A stretch of 64,000 nucleotides of DNA from an uncultured Spirochaetota bacterium (GTDB lineage: Bacteria; Spirochaetota; Spirochaetia; SZUA-6; Fen-1364), in NCBI GenBank assembly GCA_963781885.1, contig CAWAHW010000001.1, positions 1 to 64,000 on the forward strand, written 5' to 3'. Shown here piece by piece: positions 9,211 through 16,989 of this stretch (positions are counted from its first letter, which is position 1; the number at the start of each line of letters is the position of its first letter). The translations under genes and the position numbers were made by a program. The notes under the pieces were generated by a model. It did no database searches and was not told the DNA's origin. It worked only from the letters and a program-made list of their open reading frames with translations.

Positions 9211-9771
9211 ATGAGACAAGGAGTCGTGCTCGCGCTAGAAGCGGGTCTAGAGAACCATATCCGCAAGGTATGGAAATCATTCGAGGAAGCGGGTATTGGC
9301 ATTACTCCGGGACAGCTTCTTGAACCACCTCACATCACTATCGCTGAGGCGGCATCTACAGCTATCGAGCCCTTTTGGCAAGCAGCAATTGAAACGCCTT
9401 TCACAGATCAGCGTCTGCAACTGCTGCCTTTCGGCGTCTTTCTTGCCAAAAAAAACGTCCTTTTCTATAATGTGACTCTATCTGAAGGATTGCATCGCTC
9501 ATATCTGGCATTCTACGATCTTCTTCGCAATAAAAAGGCCGCGTACAAGCCTTTGTATGATCCGAGCCACTTGCTTTTCCATTGCACAGTTGCCATCGAT
9601 ATCGAAGAGAGTGAACTATCCCATGCTATAGAGCTTATGTCCAAGGAACGGGCTACTTTGTCCGGCATTGCAACAGCCATCGAATTGTGGGAACATCATC
9701 CTGCAAGGCGGAAGAATACCAAGCTGCTACAGCCGACACCTGGAGCTCAGGACCCGGGCATTTTAGAATGA
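9211..9771 (+). CDS. 2H phosphoesterase / 2'-5' RNA ligase family protein (cassette)
   Basis: Two HxT motifs: PPHITIA and LFHCTVA. Confidence 0.8.
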   Translation: MRQGVVLALEAGLENHIRKVWKSFEEAGIGITPGQLLEPPHITIAEAASTAIEPFWQAAIETPFTDQRLQLLPFGVFLAKKNVLFYNVTLSEGLHRSYLAFYDLLRNKKAAYKPLYDPSHLLFHCTVAIDIEESELSHAIELMSKERATLSGIATAIELWEHHPARRKNTKLLQPTPGAQDPGILE

Positions 9772-9851
9772 TCGCTACTGTGCAATAGAGAAAAGGACGT
9801 ATCGGCACTGGGCCATTTTAAGAAAGGATTTCTGTTCGTTCAAGGTTCGCT

Positions 9852-9966
9852 GGCTAATAGGTCGTTGCAGCACTCCGGGCAAAATTTCTTCAAATAGACC
9901 CAGTTCCGTGGCAAATCGGGGTGAGGCGTTTCTGATGCGGGCCGAGCGTTGAGCTCCATGTTGGGC
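9852..9966 (+). repeat. attC site 6
   Basis: R'' GGCTAAT-AGGTC-GTTGCAGCACTCCGG...GCAAATCGGGG...TCTGATGCGGGCCG...CTCCAT-R' GTTGGGC. Confidence 0.85.
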
Positions 9967-9994
9967 AATTCTAAAAGGGTGTAGCATAGCAGCC

Positions 9995-10843
9995 ATGACA
10001 GAGGACCAAGCGAGCACAACCGCCCTCAGTGTTTCCGTTATGCGTGCGGTGCATCAGACAATAGATGAACTGCCTCATATTCTGGAGGATTCTGTATCGC
10101 TCAAATTGCTTAAGAAGGGGACCATCCAGCAGATTTTAGCAGAGGCAACAAAGCACCGATCTCCGCAGTTAAAGGCACTGCGGTCGCATATCGTGCTGCG
10201 AAGCAGATACACCGAGGACAGACTACATTCAGCTTTCCTATCTGGAACACGACAGTACGTGAGTCTTGGTGCAGGATATGACACCTTCGCTTGCAGGCAA
10301 CCGGATTGGTCGACGACACTGAAAATAGTAGAAATAGATCATCCAGCAACTCAATCCGCAAAGTTAAGGCACTTTTACGACAGCGACATCCAATTCCCGC
10401 GGAACGCAGAGTTCCTGCCCCTAAATCTGGAAACGGGCGGTTTGAGAGATGGCTTGTCACGATCAACTCTAGATCTCTCGATTCCAATATTCTTCTCCTG
10501 CGTGGGCGTTTTGGCATATCTGCGAACTGAAACGGTAGACAGCATATTCAAGGATATCGCGGCCATGCCAAAAGGAAGCGGTTTTGTTTTTGCCTTCGCG
10601 CCGCTCATTCGAGGGGATATCGCTCCTCTGAGGGGGATAGAATCCACCGCTCAGAGAGCCGCAGCGCACGGAGAACCGTGGCTTACACGATTTGAAGCAG
10701 ATGAATTAGCAAAGAAGCTCATCGAAACTGGTTTCAGCAAAGTATCCTTTCTTCTGCCTGAAGAGGCGACGCTTCAATACTACCAATCAAGGAGCGATTT
10801 GCCAGCACCAAAGGCGATACGCCTTTGCGAAGCACTTGTTTGA
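9995..10843 (+). CDS. LCM/TcmP-type class I SAM-dependent methyltransferase (cassette)
   Basis: IVLRSRYTED, QYVSLGAGYDT, EIDHPATQ and GVLAYL. Confidence 0.88.
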   Translation: MTEDQASTTALSVSVMRAVHQTIDELPHILEDSVSLKLLKKGTIQQILAEATKHRSPQLKALRSHIVLRSRYTEDRLHSAFLSGTRQYVSLGAGYDTFACRQPDWSTTLKIVEIDHPATQSAKLRHFYDSDIQFPRNAEFLPLNLETGGLRDGLSRSTLDLSIPIFFSCVGVLAYLRTETVDSIFKDIAAMPKGSGFVFAFAPLIRGDIAPLRGIESTAQRAAAHGEPWLTRFEADELAKKLIETGFSKVSFLLPEEATLQYYQSRSDLPAPKAIRLCEALV

Positions 10844-10853
10844 AGCGTGAATT

Positions 10854-10967
10854 GCCTGACAAGTCGTTGCAGTACTCCAGTCAGAATTTCTCAAGATAGA
10901 CCCGCCGCAAGTCCAAATCGAGACGGTGCTGTTCTGATGCGGGCGGCTATTTGGCTCCATGTCAGGT
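10854..10967 (+). repeat. attC site 7 (last in the array)
   Basis: R'' GCCTGAC-AAGTC-GTTGCAGTACTCC...CAGAATTT...TTCTGATGCGGGC...CTCCAT-R' GTCAGGT. Confidence 0.85.
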
Positions 10968-11130
10968 TCCTCAGTCGTATCCGATAACATTGTTTACACA
11001 ACCCTAAGCACATCGTTGACTTGAAAGGAGTGCTCGGCGGCGTTTTAAGTGACCAGTAGATTCCATTGATGAATGGGAATAGAGTATCGACTGCCGACAC
11101 AGAGCTGCCGGGGAGTGATGAGGAGGCAAT

Positions 11131-11418
11131 GTGCCAGAATACATTTTTGATGGGAAAAAGCTGAAAAAACGGTCCGGACAAAAAGAGGGAGAGCTGGAGA
11201 AGAACCTCGTCCGTGCGTGGAACGGGGCGCAGTTGGGCGAAATTGAAGGCAAAAACATACGGGACTCTCAAGGCAAGAAAGTCTTGGAGTTTGATGGCAA
11301 GAATATCAAGGATGAAACGGGCAAAAAGATTGCCACGATCGAAGATGTGCGCAAGATAATTGAAGGAGAGTCGGGTATCTCTTTGGTCGCAATGTGGTAC
11401 TTCTTTGTCTGGAAATAG
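11131..11418 (+). CDS. Small beta-hairpin repeat (beta-flower-like) protein
   Basis: GAGGAGG RBS; repeats FDGKKLK, IEGKNIRDSQGKKV and FDGKNIKDETGKKI. Confidence 0.7.
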   Translation: MPEYIFDGKKLKKRSGQKEGELEKNLVRAWNGAQLGEIEGKNIRDSQGKKVLEFDGKNIKDETGKKIATIEDVRKIIEGESGISLVAMWYFFVWK

Positions 11419-11714
11419 TTCGCAGTTGTTCGCCGGATCGAGCTGCCGGTCGGTATCTTCGCGCTCCTGAAGTACCCTGCCCGGATGCAAGTGCCTCGCG
11501 ATTGTGCGAAACGCGAACACCGGTGAAGTCGAAATCTCACGACGCTCTTGCGTCGACGGCGAACGCAAGCGTTGAATATCCGCACAATGGGATCCTTGTG
11601 CGCGCTACGAACATGGACGCTTGAGTCCGCAAACTTTCAAAGAGATGCTTTGATCACGCAGAAAGCTATCGCGGCAGCGCCTTCGAAAAGAGGAGATCAC
11701 CGGCGGAGTCTCCG

Positions 11715-11915
11715 TCACTGCGGCGAGGGCAAAGCCGGACCGCACAAGATTCAAGGAGTCGGGGCGGGGTTCATTCCACCGCTTTTTGAGGCGGCCTCGT
11801 GGCCGGTACGCCGGGCCGTGTCCTCAGCGCCCTCCGTGCCATTCTCGGGTCGAAAGCGACGGTCGTGACTCTGATGGTTGACTCCGGACTCGAGAACGCC
11901 AATATAGACGTGTAC
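11715..11915 (+). pseudogene. Cysteine synthase (CysK-like) C-terminal relic
   Basis: GKAGPHKIQGVGAGFIP, then VVTLMVDSG in another frame. Confidence 0.55.
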
Positions 11916-11970
11916 AAGAGAAGGGGAACCGGCTTCACAGCGCGGGCATTTCTTCGTTCTGCGGGAGAGC

Positions 11971-12533
11971 ATGGTGCAAGGGAAACCTGTCACGATTCAG
12001 CGGTTTCGCAAAAGAGTACGATTCCTGCAGGCCCAAACCACCTTCCATCCTGAAAGAGATACTGCTTGCGCTGGCGCAGGTCGCCGCCTGCGGCTTGTCG
12101 TCGATCTGGGCAGTGGCACAGGGCTCTCGTCTCACACCGGTCTTGCTGACGGATGTGCGGATATCTCTCAACCCTCGCACTGGATGGTACCGGAGCCGAC
12201 CTTCAAGGAAGTGGCGCGACTCCTTCGCCCGAGTGGAGTTTTTGCAGTCTATGACTACGACTGGCCGCCGACGACAGGAGTCCGGATGGCCGACCGCGCA
12301 TATGAAGCATGCATGGGGGGCTTTCCGCCGCACCACGTTGAAAAATGCCCAAAATCAGGCCATTTGGAGCGAATGGTGGAAAGCGGATGCTTCAGATATA
12401 CAAAAGAAATAGTGGTCCACCATACGGAGGAAGAGCTGGAATTGATCGGCTGCGGGCGCTCTGCGGCGAGGTTCTGGGGAAACAACAGAGACGTTGGTAT
12501 TGGAGCTCGCGCGTAAGGATTGGAGTCACGTAG
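11971..12533 (+). pseudogene. Class I SAM methyltransferase relic with internal deletions
   Basis: VVDLGSGTGLS, HWM.PEPTFKEVARLLRPSGVFAVYDYDWPP; spacing between motifs has collapsed. Confidence 0.65.
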
Positions 12534-12565
12534 AGGGACGACTCATGGAATTGAGAGGAGGAAAA

Positions 12566-13573
12566 ATGAGTGTCTGGAAGAGCGTCCTGAAGGCAGATGC
12601 CACCGCATGGCTGCTTGAAAAGGGCAATCCATCGGTTCGCTATCTCACGCTCGTTAAAATCTGTGGCATGAAGACAACAGCTCCTGAGGCACGACATGCC
12701 CGGGAAGAGATCATGCTGTCAGGCGTTGTGCCGGAAATCCTGCAAAAACAGTCTGAGGGAAGCTGGAGCGGTCCCGGGCGATTCTATGCGGACAAATACA
12801 AGGGGACCGTCTGGCAATTGATCATTCTTGCAGAACACGCCGCAGATGGCGCGAACAGGCAGGTGCGGGATGCTTGTGAGTTCATCCTGCGCCATTCACA
12901 AGACCCGGATAGTCACGGATTTTCATACAAGGAAAGTGCAAGGCATCCCGGGGGACTCCACAGCGAGGTGATCCCCTGTCTTACGGGAAACATGGTCTGG
13001 AGCCTCATCACATTGGGATACGGGAACGATGAAAGGGTGGCAAGGGGCGCAGAGTGGATTGCACGATACCAGAGGTCCGATGACGGGATCGACGCAGCGC
13101 CGCGCGGCTGGCCATACGACAGGTATGAGATGTGCTGGGGAAAGCACAGCTGCCACATGGGCGTGGTGAAATCGCTGAAAGCGCTTTCGGCTGTGCCGAA
13201 AGGAAAGAGAGACAAGAGCATCGACGAGGCAATTCGCCGCGGTTGCGAGTATCTCCTTGTTCATCATATCTTCAAGCGAAGCCATGACCTTGCGAAGACG
13301 TCAAAACCCGGCTGGAAAAAGCTGCAATTCCCCCTCATGTATCAGACGGATCTGCTGGAAATTCTTGGAATCATGCTGGACCTCGGCATCAGGGACGATA
13401 GAATGCAGGAGGCAATCGACATCGTACTCTCAAAGCAAAGCAAAGCGGGAAAATGGAACATGGAGGCGACTTTCAACGGCAGATTCCAGGTCGACATAGA
13501 GACGAAAGGCACTCCGAGCAAATGGATTACCTACCGGGCGCTCAATGTTTTGAAGAAATACTACGAGACATGA
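12566..13573 (+). CDS. Prenyltransferase/squalene-cyclase-repeat alpha-alpha toroid protein
   Basis: WLLEKGNPSVRY, IPCLTGN, YQRSDDG, FPLMYQTDLLEIL, KQSKAGKW and PSKWIT; GGAGG RBS. Confidence 0.75.
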   Translation: MSVWKSVLKADATAWLLEKGNPSVRYLTLVKICGMKTTAPEARHAREEIMLSGVVPEILQKQSEGSWSGPGRFYADKYKGTVWQLIILAEHAADGANRQVRDACEFILRHSQDPDSHGFSYKESARHPGGLHSEVIPCLTGNMVWSLITLGYGNDERVARGAEWIARYQRSDDGIDAAPRGWPYDRYEMCWGKHSCHMGVVKSLKALSAVPKGKRDKSIDEAIRRGCEYLLVHHIFKRSHDLAKTSKPGWKKLQFPLMYQTDLLEILGIMLDLGIRDDRMQEAIDIVLSKQSKAGKWNMEATFNGRFQVDIETKGTPSKWITYRALNVLKKYYET

Positions 13574-13589
13574 TCGCAGAGGAGCACTT

Positions 13590-13979
13590 ATGTCCATTCG
13601 GGTCGTTCGATTGGGGAGCCCACGGGGAAAAAACGAGGGTCTGCGAATCGGAACCGTTCGCAGACCGCCCCGGGGGGTGCGAAAAGCCGACTATGGCGCA
13701 AGGGACTTTTATGACGTATGGCTTCCCCAGCTCGCTCCGAGCGCGAAGCTGGTACGGCAGGCAAAGACGCAGGCGGACTCTCCGGAGGACTGGAAGCGCT
13801 TCGAAAAGCAATTCACCCGTGAGCTGCTCGTGCCCGACAGCCAAAGGCTCTTGGACCTTCTCGCCGCCCTTTCAAAAGAGACCAACTTTTCAATCGGATG
13901 CTATTGCGAGAATGAAGAGAGGTGCCACAGATCCGTATTGAAGAAGCTGCTTCGCGAGCGGGGCGCTCTGATTCATTGA
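13590..13979 (+). CDS. DUF488-family protein
   Basis: RIGTVRRPPRGVRK, YDVWLPQLAPS and GCYCENEERCHRSVL. Confidence 0.85.
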   Translation: MSIRVVRLGSPRGKNEGLRIGTVRRPPRGVRKADYGARDFYDVWLPQLAPSAKLVRQAKTQADSPEDWKRFEKQFTRELLVPDSQRLLDLLAALSKETNFSIGCYCENEERCHRSVLKKLLRERGALIH

Positions 13980-14132
13980 AGCCCCACAATGCGCTTGCTG
14001 CCGGGACCTGCGTCAATCGCGGAGAGATCTTTGCGCGCGGCGCGCGTTCAAAATGAAACTTGACAAATGGCAGGGAGAGGATCAAATAAACGTACGCTGA
14101 TATGGATGCCGGCGCAGAACACGGGGGAATGA

Positions 14133-14576
14133 ATGAAAGCCATGGTCGTCTTTGACTCCAAATGGGGAAACACAGAAAGAATCGCCCAAGCGGTCGCATC
14201 GGGCATCAGCCCTGCAACAAAAGCCGTCAGCGTGGGAGATGCCGCCGCCAGGGATCTGGAGAAGGTCGACCTCCTTGTGGTGGGGTCCCCCATACTCGGC
14301 GGCCGGCCCTCGGAAGCCATGCAGAAGTACATTGATGGCATTCCCGAATCGGCGGCGTCGCGAATGAAAATCGCAACATTCGACACAAGACTGGCAATGA
14401 AGTTCGCCCGGCTGTTCGGGTATGCGGCGGTGCGGATGACGGCTGCCCTGACGGCAAAAGGCGGGACGGCGAAATCGGAGCCTGAAGGTTTCATCGTCAA
14501 AGGCCGCAGCGGCCCCCTTGCGGACGGAGAGATCGAGCGCGCAGCGCAATGGGGAAGGGAGCTGGCAAAAGACTGA
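14133..14576 (+). CDS. Flavodoxin-family protein
   Basis: FDSKWGNTERIA, VVGSP and ATFDTR. Confidence 0.88.
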   Translation: MKAMVVFDSKWGNTERIAQAVASGISPATKAVSVGDAAARDLEKVDLLVVGSPILGGRPSEAMQKYIDGIPESAASRMKIATFDTRLAMKFARLFGYAAVRMTAALTAKGGTAKSEPEGFIVKGRSGPLADGEIERAAQWGRELAKD

Positions 14577-14613
14577 AGCAGGGGGCGCCGCGGGGAGCGG
14601 TACCCCGCGTCAG

Positions 14614-14982
14614 CTACTGGAGCGCCGCCTGGAGGATATCGACAATCTGCTTGATCACCTCTTTCGGGATCGAGCCGATCCGCGCCTCGGCGCGCTGCGC
14701 GACGTTCTGCAGGTCCTGGATGACCTTCTGCGTCTGGGCGACCTGGTCCACGGCCGCCTGGGCCTGGCTCACCGCGGCATCCGCCTGGTCCTTCATCGCC
14801 TGGACCTCGGCAAGCTGGCTCTTCAGCTGCTCGATCTCAGCGACCGCGGCAGCCTGCTGGTCTGCTGCGGCCTTTTCTTTTGCATCGACGTACTGCGTCG
14901 TGGCAAGCCCAAGGAAGCTGCCGGAAGCACAGCCGGCAAGGGCAAGCATCGCCAGGAGCAGGAGGACGATCATTTTCTTCAT
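14614..14982 (-). CDS. Small coiled-coil lipoprotein
   Basis: MKKMIVLLLLAMLALAGC lipobox followed by Ala/Gln-rich heptads. Confidence 0.8.
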   Translation of the reverse strand: MKKMIVLLLLAMLALAGCASGSFLGLATTQYVDAKEKAAADQQAAAVAEIEQLKSQLAEVQAMKDQADAAVSQAQAAVDQVAQTQKVIQDLQNVAQRAEARIGSIPKEVIKQIVDILQAALQ

Positions 14983-15162
14983 ACGACTCACCTCTTCGCG
15001 CCATACTATACGAGCCGGCGCGTGGCGTCCATGACGCGCCTGTCCGTCCGCTCTTGACGCCTCTGGCCGATTTTCCTTACTATGGAAGGAAATACGGACC
15101 GCGCTGGCCGCTCTTCTTCAAGTGACAGGCCCCCTTACCCGTAGAACACGATAAGGATGCAT

Positions 15163-16989
15163 ATGCCGAAGACCGCCGTGAAGTACGACGAAAAAGCAAT
15201 CCAGACGCTGGATGCGCTGGAGCACATCCGCCTGCGGACCGGTATGTATATCGGCAGGCTCGGAGACGGCTCCAACCCCATGGACGGCATCTACATATTG
15301 CTGAAGGAAGTCGTCGACAACAGCGTTGATGAGTTCATCATGGGCGAAGGAAAGGTCATCGAGATCTCCCGCAAGAAGGAGTCCGTCGCCGTCCGCGACT
15401 ATGGCCGCGGCATCCCCCTGGGAAAGGTCATCGATTGCGTGAGCAAGGTGAACACGGGCGGCAAGTTCAACGACGACGTCTTCCAGTTCTCCGTCGGCCT
15501 GAATGGGATCGGGACAAAGGCGGTGAACGCCCTGTCGGCCGATTTCGAGGTGGTGAGCTTTCGGGACGGCAAGTATGTCCAGGGCATTTTCAAGCAAGGC
15601 AAGCTCGTGAGCCAGAAGGACGGCAGGGACCCCAAGGCAAAAACGGGCTGTCTCTTCCGCTTCACGCCGGACCCGAAGATCTTTTCCACGTACGCATGGA
15701 ACGACGACTATGTCTTGAAGCGCCTGCGCTACTACGCGTATCTCAACAGCGGCCTCAAATTCCTGTACAACGGGACGACCGTCGTGAGCCGCGAGGGACT
15801 GCTCGACCTTCTCACGGAGGAGATCGGCGAAGAGTCCATGCACTACGAGATCGCCCACTACAAAGGCGCGCGCCTGGAGTTCGCCTTCACGCATACGGCG
15901 AATTACGGGGAGAATTACTTCAGCTTCGTGAACGGCCAATTCACGATCGACGGGGGCACGCATCAGACCGCTTTCCGCCTGGGGGTGTTGAAGGCGATCG
16001 ACGAGTACGCCGGGGTCAATTTCGCGGCGGAGGACGTGCGGGAGGGCATGATCGGCGCGGTCTCCATCAAGATCAAGGATCCCGTCTTCGAAAGCCAGAC
16101 CAAGCACAAGCTGGGCAACAACGAGATCCGCGGCTGGGTGGCGGACGAGGTGAAGCAGCAGACCCTCACATGGCTCCACAAGAACGAGGCTGAGGCGAAA
16201 AAGCTCATCGAGAAGATCAAGAGCAACGAGCGCATCCGCAAAGAGCTGTCCACCATCAAGAAACAGGCGCGGGAAATGGCGCGCAAGGTGGAGATCCACA
16301 TCCCCAAGCTCACCGACAGCAAGATCCACTACAACGATGAAAAGGACAAGAGACGCGAGGAGACGAGCATCTTCCTCACAGAAGGGGATTCCGCCGGCGG
16401 GCCCATGATCCAGTCCCGGGACGTCTACACGCAGGCCATTTTTTCGCTGCGCGGCAAGCCGCTGAACGTCTACGGGTTGAAACGCAACACGGTCTACAAG
16501 AACGAAGAGCTGTACAACATCATGCGCGCCCTCGGCATCGAGGATGGGCTGGAAGGGTTGCGCTACAACAAGGTCATTATCGCCACGGACGCGGACGTGG
16601 ATGGCATGCACATCCGCAACCTCCTCCTCACCTACTTCCTCCACTACTTCGAAGAGCTCGTCCTGAAGGGCCACGTCTATCTCCTGGAGACCCCGCTCTT
16701 CCGCGCGCGCGACAAGAAGGAAACGGTGTACTGCTACAGCGAACAGGAAAGGGATGAGGCGGTGAAACGCCTGAAAGGCGCCGAGGTCACCCGGTTCAAG
16801 GGCCTCGGGGAGATCAGCCCGAAGGAGTTCAAGCAATTCATGGGCGATGACATGCGGCTCACCGAAGTGCAGATTCAGTCAATGGGCAGCGTGCATAAGA
16901 CACTGGAGTTCCTCATGGGAAAGAACACGCCCGAACGGAAGAAGTTCATCGTGAACAACCTCATCACCGACGTCCTCCAGGGGGCATAG
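15163..16989 (+). CDS. parE: DNA topoisomerase IV subunit B
   Basis: EHIRLRTGMYIG, EVVDNSVDE, GLNGIG, TEGDSA, LRGKPLN, TDADVDG and RFKGLGE. Confidence 0.92.
   Translation: MPKTAVKYDEKAIQTLDALEHIRLRTGMYIGRLGDGSNPMDGIYILLKEVVDNSVDEFIMGEGKVIEISRKKESVAVRDYGRGIPLGKVIDCVSKVNTGGKFNDDVFQFSVGLNGIGTKAVNALSADFEVVSFRDGKYVQGIFKQGKLVSQKDGRDPKAKTGCLFRFTPDPKIFSTYAWNDDYVLKRLRYYAYLNSGLKFLYNGTTVVSREGLLDLLTEEIGEESMHYEIAHYKGARLEFAFTHTANYGENYFSFVNGQFTIDGGTHQTAFRLGVLKAIDEYAGVNFAAEDVREGMIGAVSIKIKDPVFESQTKHKLGNNEIRGWVADEVKQQTLTWLHKNEAEAKKLIEKIKSNERIRKELSTIKKQAREMARKVEIHIPKLTDSKIHYNDEKDKRREETSIFLTEGDSAGGPMIQSRDVYTQAIFSLRGKPLNVYGLKRNTVYKNEELYNIMRALGIEDGLEGLRYNKVIIATDADVDGMHIRNLLLTYFLHYFEELVLKGHVYLLETPLFRARDKKETVYCYSEQERDEAVKRLKGAEVTRFKGLGEISPKEFKQFMGDDMRLTEVQIQSMGSVHKTLEFLMGKNTPERKKFIVNNLITDVLQGA

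Larger units (their letters stand above)
886..10967 (+). mobile_element. Integron gene-cassette array (CALIN or distal end of a chromosomal integron), 7 attC sites
   Basis: Alternating single + strand genes and related attC-like imperfect palindromes. Each intact cassette has complementary ends. No integrase in the window. Confidence 0.88.

Noticed and set aside
1525-10967. The repeats as a CRISPR array or REP/MITE family
   Set aside because: Units are ~115 bp, separated by whole genes, all in one orientation, with attC box structure and cassette-specific end pairing. There are no cas genes and no target duplications.
11420-11620. Short inverted repeats as an eighth attC
   Set aside because: No R/L box spacing and no similarity to the seven family members.
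12566-13573. NifH, a label I recall databases sometimes giving this family
   Set aside because: No P-loop or NifH Fe-S motifs; it shows QW-like toroid repeats instead.
1-14600. An integron integrase or attI within the window
   Set aside because: No ORF or manual translation showed tyrosine-recombinase motifs (R...HxxR...Y). The only recombination proteins found are DDE transposases.
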